64,000 nucleotides of DNA from Candidatus Binatia bacterium (GCA_963664395.2 OY761159.2:2720001-2784000); one strand, 5' to 3'; counted from the first letter of the stretch, positions 1-9,744 are shown. A program made the numbers and translations. The notes: a model not told the origin generated them from the letters alone.

Positions 1-448
1 TGACCCGACGGAGTTCATCAAGCCTTCTTAAATATCTTGGCGACTCAATAGAGACGCCCTGCCACACATTTTCCGGCCACGGCAGTCTGGGCGCCATCTC
101 TGCGAGTCGTTCTGCTCTTTTTGTGAGGACTTGATAGGTATGCTGCGGCGTTGACACCATGACTTTGAATACTGCTTGGATGAAGTGCTCAGGAACGGTG
201 TCGTGAAAGAGGTCGCTCATACTATTCACAAAGATAAGCCGCGGCTTTTTCCACTTCCGTGGTTGCTCCAATACGTCGTCGTGCAGCGCGACTGAGAAGC
301 CATCTTTGTAGCGAGCTACACCCATTGCCTGGAGCCGCCTTGCCATGCGTTCGGCATAACAATGCTTGCACCCCGGGCTGATCTTGGTGCAGCCTGTTAC
401 CGGATTCCATGTTGCCTCTGTCCATTCTATTGGAGATTGACTCGCCAT
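1..448 (-). CDS. DUF5131 / phage Gp37-Gp68 family protein (3' end runs off window; absent from ORF track)
   Basis: Manual translation from ATG at 448: [39 protein letters not shown]...[11 protein letters not shown]...[20 protein letters not shown]/GCxx[13 protein letters not shown] are family hallmarks. AAGGAGG RBS upstream. Confidence 0.9.
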   Translation of the reverse strand, partial: MASQSPIEWTEATWNPVTGCTKISPGCKHCYAERMARRLQAMGVARYKDGFSVALHDDVLEQPRKWKKPRLIFVNSMSDLFHDTVPEHFIQAVFKVMVSTPQHTYQVLTKRAERLAEMAPRLPWPENVWQGVSIESPRYLRRLDELRRV

Positions 449-549
449 AGTTATGCCTCCTTAGAATATTCGCCTTTTATTCGCCTTTTACTATTCTCCG
501 GCAGCACTCTATGGTTGTCAACCATATTAGAAAATTGTTACATCGCGCT

Positions 550-966
550 TCATGGGTTCGCGGTCGCTACCGTCGGCTCTTCTCCTGGCGGATAGACGTA
601 AATAGCGATGGCTTTTCCTGTCCTATCTGCAGGTACACCAAGGAAGATACTCGCGACTTTGGCACCAGCACCTGGTTCGCTGATCGCGTCGAGAATCACT
701 CCGTTGGCACCCATCTCAGCGGCTTTCTTCCGCATAGATTCGTACATCTGCGGCTCGTTCGTTGAGGCGAAGTTTCCTTTTGAGTGCAGGAGTGCGATTT
801 CTTCGTACTTACCGGGCACCTGATTGGCTGTCCGGTAGAGCTTGACCATCGCCACATTGGTCGTGGCACGGTTCACCCTTGCCGTACCCAACATGGTCGC
901 GTTGGTTGTGACGCAGCCAGCAACAAATGCCAGCCCTACGCATACTGCTACTCGTAGTACTCTCAC
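550..966 (-). CDS. small lipoprotein, hypothetical (YbjQ-like 'RKKAAEMGANGVI' motif)
   Basis: GTG start at 966 after AAGGAGG; hydrophobic leader with lipobox FVAG-C. Confidence 0.7.
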   Translation of the reverse strand: MRVLRVAVCVGLAFVAGCVTTNATMLGTARVNRATTNVAMVKLYRTANQVPGKYEEIALLHSKGNFASTNEPQMYESMRKKAAEMGANGVILDAISEPGAGAKVASIFLGVPADRTGKAIAIYVYPPGEEPTVATANP

Positions 967-1324
967 GAACCCCTCCTTATTATGTGCTGAGGAGAATAAC
1001 CTGCTCAGCACATAACGGGTAGTGCCTCATTTTGAATTACGGTGTGGGTAGGGGCGATGTTCGTCCGTGCCCCGGTCGTCAGGTCAAGTGGCCGCGTTCC
1101 CGCCCGGGCATCCAGAGCCGGTGCCACGCTGGCGGCAGCGGGATTCCTACTTCCGCAGGAATGACGGGAGGTAGGCCTGGACACCTGAGAGGGGATTTCA
1201 AACTGAGGCGCTACCCAAAAACGTATTGTCAAGTAATTTTTTAGGAGAGAAAAGTAAGGCCCTTTAATTCGGAGTGCGGGCTGGGCTGCGCGCTGAGGAG
1301 CGGTGGATCTGAGGACCCGGGACT

Positions 1325-1993
1325 CTAGATCAACCATTTTTCCGTCCGATAGGCCTGTTCCCAAAAGAGATATTCGTACCGACAGCTCTGGATAAAGTGC
1401 TCTTCCCACTGTTTTTGTTCGCCACCGGAACTGTCCTGGGCAAGACGGTCGATCAGGTCAAGCTGCTGCTGGACGTGGGCGCCAAACCCCTCGCCGCTAT
1501 AGGCTTGGGTCCACTCTGCGTAGAGCGGGTCAGTTGGAGGCGTTGCGTTTAGCTTTTTGCCGACTTCCCAATAGATCCAATAACAAGGCAGAACGGCAGC
1601 AACGATTTCAGCCAAGCTGCCACTATGAGCTACTGCGAGAAGATGCCGGGTGTAGGCCTGTGTGACGGGTGCGCGTTCGGTCTGGGCCAAGTCTTGTGGT
1701 GTGAGGCCGAGCTTGTCACTCCAGTTGGTGTGCAGGTTGCGTTCGACCTGGACCACGGTGGCCGCATGTTCGGCGAACATATGGAGTACATCTAAAGAGG
1801 CGGCCTTTGCTCCGCCTAGGCATAGGACACGGGCGAAATCCTGTAAGTACAGATAATCCTGCTGAACAAAAAAAAGAAAGCGCGGGCGGCTGAGCGTGCC
1901 GGCTCCGAGTTCTTTGATAAAAGGATGGGAAAAAATGGCCTCCCAGATGGGTCGCGCGGCGGTGCGTAAGGTGTGATGAAAGGTCTGCGACAT
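1325..1993 (-). CDS. tenA: thiaminase II / aminopyrimidine aminohydrolase
   Basis: HPFIKEL, QQDYLYL, catalytic LPCYWIY, YEYLFW motifs. Confidence 0.92.
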   Translation of the reverse strand: MSQTFHHTLRTAARPIWEAIFSHPFIKELGAGTLSRPRFLFFVQQDYLYLQDFARVLCLGGAKAASLDVLHMFAEHAATVVQVERNLHTNWSDKLGLTPQDLAQTERAPVTQAYTRHLLAVAHSGSLAEIVAAVLPCYWIYWEVGKKLNATPPTDPLYAEWTQAYSGEGFGAHVQQQLDLIDRLAQDSSGGEQKQWEEHFIQSCRYEYLFWEQAYRTEKWLI

Positions 1994-2022
1994 GAAGAAC
2001 TGTTCCCTTCCGTTATAGCGAA

Positions 2023-3090
2023 CTAGGCCGAGAGCTGTTTCAAGGCTGGCAAGACTTCGCGATTAAAGAGTGTATCGTGAAGCGTCAGATGAAAGCACTC
2101 GACCCCAAGCTGATGAAACTCTTGTACACGTTGCAAGATGGTATCCGGACTGCCGATTAAGCCGCTGGCATAGCCTTCATTGGAGTCGAGCATGGCGAGC
2201 TTGTTCTCCTTGTCTGCCCACATGCCTTGCGCGCCGCTGACCCGCTTGCCTCGGCGTTCCAGTAGGGTCTCATCGACCGCATTTATCATCGTCGTGATTT
2301 CTGCCGCGGCTTCCGCATCCGTGCGCCGACACAGGGGGATGGAGTAGAGGGCAAAGCGGAGCTGGCGGCCGGTTTTTGCGGTCCGTTTGCGAACGGCCTC
2401 GATGATGCCGGCTATTTTTTCTGGGGAGCCGCCGTTTAAGAACATCCAGTCCGAATGGTGGGCGGCCATATTCATTGCCGCCTCGGATTGTCCGCCCTGA
2501 AACACCTCAAGCGAGCTGACTGGGCGCGGTTCAAGTCGCAGGCCATTGACCTGATAAAAGCGCCCGGCAAACGAAAACTCTTCGTGCGTCCAGGCGCCCC
2601 GCAGGATTTGGATGAACTCGCTCGTCCGGGCGTAGCGTTCATCGTGTTCGATGAGTTCGGCCCCGTACATTCCAAACTCGGCCTCATGCCAACCCGAGGT
2701 CACATTGATTGACCAACGGCCATGGGTGAGACGGTCAAGCGTAGCACTCCATTTCGCAATAGGGGCCGGCAGAAAAAATCCCGGATGAATGGCGGTAATC
2801 AAGTGGATGTGCGTAGTGTGTGCAGCATAGAAATCCGTCATCGCCAGGCAGTCGTATGAAGATCCCTCAATCTCCTCCCCCGTCCCCCACCAGCGTTGGG
2901 CAACGAGCAAGTAGTCAACGCCTAAGGCCTCAGCCTTCTGGACCGGGGAGAGTAAACGCTTCACCAGAGCAGGACCGGACCGGCCGGTATGGGTGAGTAC
3001 CCCCTTTGGCTCCTCCCCTTTGGCTTTCCGTGTCAGGTCTGGAGCGGCAAGGGCGGTTGGGGCCCAGGTACATGTTTTGATGGCTGCCAT
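2023..3090 (-). CDS. LLM-class flavin-dependent monooxygenase, SfnG/SsuD-like
   Basis: GRWSINVTSGW, HDERYARTSEF, FQGGQSEAA, GLIGSPD. Start moved to MAAIKT (3090) to avoid overlap with the upstream gene. Confidence 0.85.
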   Translation of the reverse strand: MAAIKTCTWAPTALAAPDLTRKAKGEEPKGVLTHTGRSGPALVKRLLSPVQKAEALGVDYLLVAQRWWGTGEEIEGSSYDCLAMTDFYAAHTTHIHLITAIHPGFFLPAPIAKWSATLDRLTHGRWSINVTSGWHEAEFGMYGAELIEHDERYARTSEFIQILRGAWTHEEFSFAGRFYQVNGLRLEPRPVSSLEVFQGGQSEAAMNMAAHHSDWMFLNGGSPEKIAGIIEAVRKRTAKTGRQLRFALYSIPLCRRTDAEAAAEITTMINAVDETLLERRGKRVSGAQGMWADKENKLAMLDSNEGYASGLIGSPDTILQRVQEFHQLGVECFHLTLHDTLFNREVLPALKQLSA

Positions 3091-3133
3091 AATCGATATG
3101 CTGTAAGTAAGGGGGGGCTCTGCCTGCCGTGCG

Positions 3134-3790
3134 TCACACAAATCGCAGCTCGGCATCGAGTACGCCGTCTTCATACTGGGCTACGATATACCCGCCCGCC
3201 GCAAAGGGACCGGCGTTCAGTATTTTTGTGCGTCCGATCATATCGACTCCTGGAGACTCATGGATATGACCCGTGATGCATAAGTGAGGCTGCTGTTCCG
3301 CGATGAATTGGCGGACGGCTGGGCTGCCAACCGGTCTTCCATCAGTGAGCCGGTCGAGCTTGGTCGCATAGGGTGGCGTATGACAGACCATAATATGACA
3401 CGCGGCAGGCGGAATAGCGGCGACTGCTTGTTGCAGGACGTGCCACAGTACTTCATCCGTATACTCTAACGGGGTCTGGAACGGAGTCAGATTTGACCCC
3501 CCGCAGCCATAGATGGCGACGTCGCCATAGCACTGATGTTCCCCATGCAAGCTCACCCGTTCAGCCTGGAGAAATGGAATAGTCTCTGGCTGGTCCAGGT
3601 TGCCCGGTAGTGCCCGGACTGTCGGACAGTATGTTTGAGCGGTCCGAATCACGTGCCGGACGGCGTGCGGCCCCCCAAAGTTTGTCAGATCACCCGAGAG
3701 AAGAACCACATCAGCGCTCGTTAGCTCCAGGCTGATTGTTTCCATTTGCGCGGTGGCCATATGTATGTCGCCAAACGACACGATCTTCAT
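3134..3790 (-). CDS. calcineurin-like metallophosphoesterase (Icc-related)
   Basis: DIH, SGDLT, PGNLD, HTPP, GHIHE motifs. Confidence 0.9.
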   Translation of the reverse strand: MKIVSFGDIHMATAQMETISLELTSADVVLLSGDLTNFGGPHAVRHVIRTAQTYCPTVRALPGNLDQPETIPFLQAERVSLHGEHQCYGDVAIYGCGGSNLTPFQTPLEYTDEVLWHVLQQAVAAIPPAACHIMVCHTPPYATKLDRLTDGRPVGSPAVRQFIAEQQPHLCITGHIHESPGVDMIGRTKILNAGPFAAGGYIVAQYEDGVLDAELRFV

Positions 3791-3953
3791 GAAGGGCGCC
3801 TTGCGGAAAGAAAAGAAGGAGGTTCTTTTGGACTTGTAATGGATTCCGGTGTGAGGGTCAACGCATAGGCAAGAGGGTTTGCCCTGACACTGCTCTTGCA
3901 AAAGTCATCAGAATCAGGAAATACTACTGGGACCTCTGGAATATAGTGCGTTT

Positions 3954-4250
3954 ATGCCGAAAAATATCAGATCGAAAGTGCTCGCTATTGGTCGTCCATT
4001 GCGAGTGGAGATTGAGCTTGATGGTGAATGGCTCGAACGCCTCCGTGGGATATTGCAGGGGATGGAGGAAGGAGAGGGTTCCTACCCACTTCATCGTTAT
4101 CTCGAAGAACTCCTGGAAGCGGATATCGTCTACCGGGAAGGCGATGTGCGGCATCGTAGACGGTTTGTAGAACGAGAAGCGCTTATCCGCTGGGTCCGTG
4201 AACAACGGCTGTATGGCCAGACTCCACGCACCTCCGCGAATAAGCGTTAG
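3954..4250 (+). CDS. hypothetical protein
   Basis: 98-aa ORF filling an intergenic gap with protein-like composition; no recognisable motif. Confidence 0.55.
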   Translation: MPKNIRSKVLAIGRPLRVEIELDGEWLERLRGILQGMEEGEGSYPLHRYLEELLEADIVYREGDVRHRRRFVEREALIRWVREQRLYGQTPRTSANKR

Positions 4251-4349
4251 TGGCGAGGGATAGTGACCGTTTCCTTGCCACGCTCGATACCTAGGCTTCC
4301 CGAATAGGATTGACATAATGCCCCATAGGCGGTCAATCACTCTCCGTGT

Positions 4350-5102
4350 ATGAGCTTGGCCAATCTGCGTATAGTTCTTGTCCGGCCGAAATATTCCGGC
4401 AATATCGGCGCGACCGCACGGGCTATGCGGAACTGTGGGATTGATGAGTTACACCTCGTAAACCCGGACCCAATACAGCAGGATGTGGCTGCCGCGCTCG
4501 CAGTCCACGCCAAAGACGTTCTGGATACTATGCAGATACACCGGTCCCTTCGTGCGGCCGTCAGCCCCTGCGGTCTCGTTGTTGGGACAACGTGCCGAGC
4601 CGGCTTGTATCGAGAGGGCGCGGACGCTCTTGAGAGCCGTGCGCCCGAAATTGCAGCAAGCCTCAAAAGAAATCGTGTGGCGCTCGTTTTCGGCCCGGAA
4701 GACAGCGGATTGACCAATGAGGATTTACTCTGTTGCCACACATTACTGACGATCCCAACCGACCCTGGGTTTGCCTCACTGAATATTGCGCAGGCTGTCC
4801 TGCTGTGTTGCTATGCTGTTTTCCGCAGGGCACGGCATACAGCGGATGTTGATCCACCTGTATTAGCGCCTTCTGAGCGGCAGGAATTGATGTACGCAAA
4901 GCTCAAAGCTGCTCTCTTACAGGTCGGCTTTCTGCCCCAGGACAATCCTGACCACATCATGCTCGCCCTTCGTCGTATTTTTGGCAAAGCCGGCCTGGAA
5001 GATCGCGACGTCCGTATCCTGCTCGGCATTGCCCATCAAATCGAGTGGTATGCCAAAGGGGGATGGCAGCGCCGGGAACAGGCCGAGCATAGGTCGTCAT
5101 GA
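4350..5102 (+). CDS. trmJ: tRNA (cytidine/uridine-2'-O)-methyltransferase, TrmJ/LasT SPOUT family
   Basis: IVLVRPKYSGNIGATARAMRN, LVFGPEDSGLTNEDL, SLNIAQAV. Confidence 0.9.
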   Translation: MSLANLRIVLVRPKYSGNIGATARAMRNCGIDELHLVNPDPIQQDVAAALAVHAKDVLDTMQIHRSLRAAVSPCGLVVGTTCRAGLYREGADALESRAPEIAASLKRNRVALVFGPEDSGLTNEDLLCCHTLLTIPTDPGFASLNIAQAVLLCCYAVFRRARHTADVDPPVLAPSERQELMYAKLKAALLQVGFLPQDNPDHIMLALRRIFGKAGLEDRDVRILLGIAHQIEWYAKGGWQRREQAEHRSS

Positions 5103-5121
5103 TGCACAGCGGCATACCACG

Positions 5122-5165
5122 TTGAGCGAAGGTTGAGCCAAGATTGGGCAAGAATTGAGCCAAGA
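5122..5165 (+). repeat. 4 x imperfect 11-bp direct repeat (TTGAGCCAAGA)
   Basis: ttgagcgaagg/ttgagccaaga/ttgggcaagaa/ttgagccaaga, immediately before the GTG at 5168. Confidence 0.7.
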
Positions 5166-5167
5166 TA

Positions 5168-5380
5168 GTGGCTGAGATCATTTACTTACGGAAGATTATA
5201 CAGGCTCGCCGTCGCGAGCAGGAGCAAGAGTCTGCAACTCGTTGTGTGGAGATTGTGGAGAAGAGTCTGCGTCACCACATAGAGGAGTTTGCGCACGCCC
5301 CGCCACAGGAGTGGGCGGTCCGCGCCACAAAGATTCGTAAGCTCGGGGAAGTATTGGAGTATTCAACAAACCTGGTCTAG
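5168..5380 (+). CDS. small hypothetical protein
   Basis: 70-aa ORF MAEIIYLRK..., helical composition. Confidence 0.6.
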   Translation: MAEIIYLRKIIQARRREQEQESATRCVEIVEKSLRHHIEEFAHAPPQEWAVRATKIRKLGEVLEYSTNLV

Positions 5381-5446
5381 ACCACGATATCCATCTGTTT
5401 TCTTCAGGCCCGCCTATGTTTGTGTGAACGAGAAGAAAGGAACGGC

Positions 5447-6031
5447 ATGGCAAAAGCAGCCCCACAATCTACGAGCAAAACAGCAGCAAAAAAGACGGTC
5501 GGAGCGAAAAAGACGGCAAGCCGTCCGCGGAAAAGTCCGGTCAGGAAACCTGCGGTCACGAATGATCCGTCGGTCCATGAAGCGATTCTGACATTACAGC
5601 AACGGCTCGAAACGTTGGAGGAAAAGCTTTCGCAGGGCTTGACTGCATTCGTGGCTGAGGTCGAGAAACTCCGCTCTGTGACCGACCCTCCTCGATCCGG
5701 CTTGACCGAGGAAGCTCTTGGATCTCTCTTCCAAGAGACGCTGCAGAAGAATATCGAGGAGCACATGGAACCAGTGACGACCACGCTCCGACGTATTGAA
5801 GAGCGGGTTGGTTTTATTGGGAATCGTTTGAAATCGTCAGGCGGAGGAGGGAAGAATAAGTCGTGGCGCCGGGAGCAGTCGCCAAATGCTCGTCCTAAAG
5901 GACCAAATCCCCCCCGCTCAGGGCAGAACCAAGGACAGGATTGGACGCCTCCATCGGCAGCCTCGGTCCAAGGGCATTTTGCACCGCGTCCAGTGAGTCT
6001 GGATCACTTGGCCCGGGAAGATGACGAATAG
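5447..6031 (+). CDS. hypothetical protein with Lys/Ala-rich N-terminus, coiled coil and disordered C-terminus
   Basis: AAAGGAA RBS before ATG 5447; MAKAAPQSTSKTAAKKTVGAKK... Confidence 0.7.
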   Translation: MAKAAPQSTSKTAAKKTVGAKKTASRPRKSPVRKPAVTNDPSVHEAILTLQQRLETLEEKLSQGLTAFVAEVEKLRSVTDPPRSGLTEEALGSLFQETLQKNIEEHMEPVTTTLRRIEERVGFIGNRLKSSGGGGKNKSWRREQSPNARPKGPNPPRSGQNQGQDWTPPSAASVQGHFAPRPVSLDHLAREDDE

Positions 6032-6064
6032 GGCGGGGTGTTGGCTGCGGAGAATATCGGAATG

Positions 6065-6535
6065 CTAGTCGACAGCGTGTGGGTCCGCTCGGAGCGCAAT
6101 ATCACGTAGAAAAGCGTTCAGCCTGCGTTTGTCTTTCTCCAGAGAAAGAAAGAACTGGGTGGCTTCGGGAAGATCCGGATCCCAAGAAATGGCCTGCTCG
6201 TTATACCGTTGGGCCAGGGCTTGGCCATCCTCAAGGTCGTGAATAACCCGGGACCAGTGATTGTGTCCTCCTTTTGGTGCAGCCTCTTCTGCACTACACT
6301 CGCCCTCCAACTCTACGATTTTATCCTGAATACGTTTTGTAATGCGCTCCTGCTCTTTTGCTGCAGTATGAAGTTGATCCGTGCCGGATTGATGGGGCGA
6401 AAGCTCTGCATGCGCGAGGATTTGCTGGGCGAGCTGTTTTTCTGCCCGATAGCTCATCACGAGTACTGGTAATAACTGGTGTGGATCTTTATGTTGTGGC
6501 TCTTCGGAGCCAACAAAGCGTTGCCAAAATCCCAT
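6065..6535 (-). CDS. hypothetical protein, possibly ferritin-like four-helix bundle
   Basis: 156-aa all-helical ORF; TTGACA-17-TACTTC candidate promoter at 6581-6553. Confidence 0.6.
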   Translation of the reverse strand: MGFWQRFVGSEEPQHKDPHQLLPVLVMSYRAEKQLAQQILAHAELSPHQSGTDQLHTAAKEQERITKRIQDKIVELEGECSAEEAAPKGGHNHWSRVIHDLEDGQALAQRYNEQAISWDPDLPEATQFFLSLEKDKRRLNAFLRDIALRADPHAVD

Positions 6536-6671
6536 AGTTTTCTCCCGGACCGGAAGTACCGTGCTGGGTATTCCTTGTCAAGGTCGGAAACTGTCCGGTT
6601 TCTTGCTTCCTTCTTTTTCGATGATAAGCTAGTATGATACATAATCGCAGCACGTATAAGAAGGAAGCATA

Positions 6672-6881
6672 ATGGCACGTATTACGGTTGAAGACTGTCT
6701 CGCCCGGATCCCGAATCGATTTGAACTCGTTGTCGTCGCAGCGCAGAGAGCGAAAGATCTCCTCAAAGGAGCGCCGCCGCTGGTTGCCTCAGACAATAAA
6801 GAAGTGGTAACTGCCCTGCGTGAAATTGCTGATGGAAAAGTGTGGAAGGAGGGAGCCCAGGAAGCGATTGAAGAAGGGTAA
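6672..6881 (+). CDS. rpoZ: RNA polymerase omega subunit
   Basis: [33 protein letters not shown]. Confidence 0.97.
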   Translation: MARITVEDCLARIPNRFELVVVAAQRAKDLLKGAPPLVASDNKEVVTALREIADGKVWKEGAQEAIEEG

Positions 6882-6923
6882 CGGAGTTCTCTTCTTTGCT
6901 TTTCGCTTTGCGATAGAGCTCTT

Positions 6924-7946
6924 ATGAAACGTGTGGCAAAAGATAAAGATCCCGTTCCCGTTCTCGCCGAACCTGAACTCGCCGAATCTGTGCCGGTCGA
7001 GCAGAAAGAGGAGTCCGAACCGCCCATCGAAATCGGTGTCACCACCGCCGCCGAGACTGATAAGATGGAGACGGCTCTCATCCCCACAGATTCTCTCAGT
7101 CGTTACATGGCAGAGATCCGTCGCTATGCCCTGCTCTCCCCTGAAGAGGAGCACGAACTGGCGGTCCAGTATAAAGAGTACGGCGATGTTCAAGCCGCCT
7201 ACCGGCTCGTCACCGCAAACTTACGCTTAGTGGTCATGATTGCCCGGAGATATCAGAGGGCATTTCAAAATCTGCTCGATTTAATCCAAGAGGGCAACGT
7301 TGGGCTTATGGATGCGGTTCGGAACTTTGACCCGTACCGGGGCGTCCGGTTTCCCTCCTATGCGGTCTGGTGGGTGCGGGCGTATATCATTCGTTACATT
7401 ATGAATAATTGGCGTATGGTGAAGCTGGGTACGACCCAAGCCCAGCGCAAACTCTTTTTTAATCTGCAAAAAGAAAAAGAACGCCTGGAAGCCGAGGGGT
7501 TCTCTCCCGAGCCAAAGTTGCTCGCCGAAAAGCTGAGGGTGAAAGAACGTGAGGTCGTGGAGATGGAACAGCGCATGGCAGCGCGGGACCTGTCTGTTGA
7601 TACGCCGATTAACGCGGGTGACGAGTCCGCAACGTTTCTCGACTTCCTCGCGGATCAGGGCTTAAATACAGAGGAAGAAGTCTCGGGGGCAGAGTCCCGA
7701 CAGTTGATTCGTCACAAGCTCGCCGCCTTTGCCCGGACCTTGGAAGGCAAGGAGGACGTGATATTTAATCAGCGCCTCCTTGCCGAAGAGCCCCTGACGC
7801 TTCAGGACATTGGCGACCGGTACGGCATTAGCCGTGAGCGGGTGCGCCAACTCGAAAGCCGGCTCAAGAAAAAGTTAAAGGAATATTTAGTCCGCGAGCT
7901 GCCAGACCTGACGGATTTCAATGTTGGCCTGACTGATGCGAGGTAA
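6924..7946 (+). CDS. rpoH: RNA polymerase sigma-32 factor
   Basis: DLIQEGNVGLM region 2; RpoH box TTQAQRKLFFNL; region 4 GISRERVRQLE. Confidence 0.93.
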   Translation: MKRVAKDKDPVPVLAEPELAESVPVEQKEESEPPIEIGVTTAAETDKMETALIPTDSLSRYMAEIRRYALLSPEEEHELAVQYKEYGDVQAAYRLVTANLRLVVMIARRYQRAFQNLLDLIQEGNVGLMDAVRNFDPYRGVRFPSYAVWWVRAYIIRYIMNNWRMVKLGTTQAQRKLFFNLQKEKERLEAEGFSPEPKLLAEKLRVKEREVVEMEQRMAARDLSVDTPINAGDESATFLDFLADQGLNTEEEVSGAESRQLIRHKLAAFARTLEGKEDVIFNQRLLAEEPLTLQDIGDRYGISRERVRQLESRLKKKLKEYLVRELPDLTDFNVGLTDAR

Positions 7947-7992
7947 TTTTTCATATTGCCAGAGAGCAGAGAATCGGTTTATGGTGTGAACT

Positions 7993-8730
7993 GTGCAAGA
8001 ACTCGATGCCGGCATCGTCATCATTGGAAACGAAATACTGTCCGGGAAGACGGTCGATACCAATTCGTCCTTCTTAGCAAAGGAGCTCCGACAGGTTGGA
8101 GTGACCCTGAAGCGGATCGTCGTGATTCCGGACGAACTCGATATTATCGCCGAGACGGTGCGCGATTTTCACCACCGGTTTGATATAGTCTTTACGTCAG
8201 GCGGTGTTGGCCCAACGCATGACGACATCACCATTGAAGGGGTGGCGCGAGCCTTGGACCGAAAGGTCATTCGCCATCCCGTGCTAGAGGGAAAATTACG
8301 AGCCTATCTCAATGGCCGGCCTGCAAATAGCGCCTATCTCAAGATGGCGGAAGCGCCCGAAGGGGCTGAGCTGATCGAAGACGGCGCAGTCCGCTTCCCT
8401 ACAATCAAAGCAGAAAATGTGTATGTCCTGCCTGGTATCCCGGATATTTTTCAGCAGAAATTCTTCGCTCTCAAGAGTCGCTTCGCTGCTGATCCCTACT
8501 ATCTCAAAGTGCTCTATACACGCGAATACGAGAGCGTGATTGCGGGGTTCCTGAATGAAACATTACGTGCGTATCCGGACTTGATGCTCGGGTCGTACCC
8601 GAAGAATAACGATCCTGAGTATCGGGTGAAAATTACCCTTGAATCGAAAGATAAACAGTACGTTGTGCAGGCTTTTCAACATTTGCTCACGTTGCTCCCC
8701 GAGGGGTGTGTGGTGAAAACAGAAGGATGA
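7993..8730 (+). CDS. CinA N-terminal-like molybdopterin-binding-domain protein (COG1058)
   Basis: IIGNEILSGKTVDTNS, SGGVGPTHDDIT, LPGIP; no PncC domain. Confidence 0.88.
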   Translation: MQELDAGIVIIGNEILSGKTVDTNSSFLAKELRQVGVTLKRIVVIPDELDIIAETVRDFHHRFDIVFTSGGVGPTHDDITIEGVARALDRKVIRHPVLEGKLRAYLNGRPANSAYLKMAEAPEGAELIEDGAVRFPTIKAENVYVLPGIPDIFQQKFFALKSRFAADPYYLKVLYTREYESVIAGFLNETLRAYPDLMLGSYPKNNDPEYRVKITLESKDKQYVVQAFQHLLTLLPEGCVVKTEG

Positions 8731-8740
8731 GGAGGATGTC

Positions 8741-9112
8741 ATGGGAAAAACGTTATCTGTCATGCTGTGCGGAAGTGTGCTGGGGCTGATGCTGAATGCT
8801 CCGCCACCTGTGTCGGCCGCCTCCGACTATCTCGAAGATGCCGGAATCGGAACGGCGACCGTCGTCGCCAACGTGTTCTACATACCGGCCAAGCTGACGT
8901 ATGCCACGCTGGGCGGCATTACCGGCGGTCTGGCCTATGTGCTGACCGGGTCCAATCTTGAGATCGCCGAACGGGTGTGGAAGCCGTCCATGGGCGGAGA
9001 CTATATTGTAAAGCGGAAGCACATCCAGAGGGAGGAAACTCTCTACTTCAGCGCGCCTCACCCCCGGACGGCTGAGGGGGGCATCACGTCGGAGCCACTC
9101 CCGGCGTACTGA
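8741..9112 (+). CDS. hypothetical exported/membrane protein
   Basis: GAGGAGG RBS; signal-like leader; hydrophobic Gly-rich segments. Confidence 0.7.
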   Translation: MGKTLSVMLCGSVLGLMLNAPPPVSAASDYLEDAGIGTATVVANVFYIPAKLTYATLGGITGGLAYVLTGSNLEIAERVWKPSMGGDYIVKRKHIQREETLYFSAPHPRTAEGGITSEPLPAY

Positions 9113-9132
9113 CCCGTCCTGAAGAGTGTTGC

Positions 9133-9744
9133 ATGAGCAGGATACGACTGGGCCTTGGCATCGGTGTGCTGGTGCTGCTTGGCCTGGGCGTGTGGGGAGG
9201 TGTCTCTTTCCAGCGGATGCGTACAGCGGCGCTGCAATGGGAGGGGCCGGTCGCGGAAATCCTCAGCGAACGGCTCGACAAGCGCGCCGATACCATGACG
9301 ATGGAGTTCACCTCCCGACTCGATGCCCCGTTGGCCGACATCTGGCAGGCATTTTCCGAGCCGGAACGGAGCGCGGAGTTCAGCGAGACCATTCGCGTAT
9401 CTCGCCTCCTTCAGGCTCAGGGCAACCGGAAACTCATCCTTTTTGAGATGGTCATGCTTGGCCAGCCACAGCGGCTGAGCATCCAGTTCACCTTTCTGCC
9501 CGCAGAAAACCGGGTCCGTATCCAGAGCATCGAAAGCCAGCTCAGCGACATTCAGGGCGAATACCGCTTCACGCCTTCGCCGGACGGAACCAAAACCCTA
9601 CTGACCTACACCGGTACGCTGAGAGACAAGGTCAGCCTGCCGGTCCCTCTAGCCCTGCAAAAGAACGCCGCGCGTGAAAGCTTCGTCTCCACCGTACGTG
9701 CTTTGAAGAAGGGTGTGGAGAGTCAGAATACGGCTGACTCATAG
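9133..9744 (+). CDS. membrane-anchored SRPBCC/START-like (polyketide cyclase) domain protein
   Basis: N-terminal TM; 'APLADIWQAFSEPE', 'GEYRFTPSPDGTKTLLTY' fit a helix-grip fold. Confidence 0.65.
   Translation: MSRIRLGLGIGVLVLLGLGVWGGVSFQRMRTAALQWEGPVAEILSERLDKRADTMTMEFTSRLDAPLADIWQAFSEPERSAEFSETIRVSRLLQAQGNRKLILFEMVMLGQPQRLSIQFTFLPAENRVRIQSIESQLSDIQGEYRFTPSPDGTKTLLTYTGTLRDKVSLPVPLALQKNAARESFVSTVRALKKGVESQNTADS

Noticed and set aside
222-425. 67-aa ORF from the track
   Set aside because: Wrong frame; the real gene is the DUF5131 frame starting at 448
1012-1324. Possible TPP riboswitch near tenA (CTGAGA present)
   Set aside because: It lies downstream of tenA, and the CUGAU..UAAU..CGUAGG elements are missing
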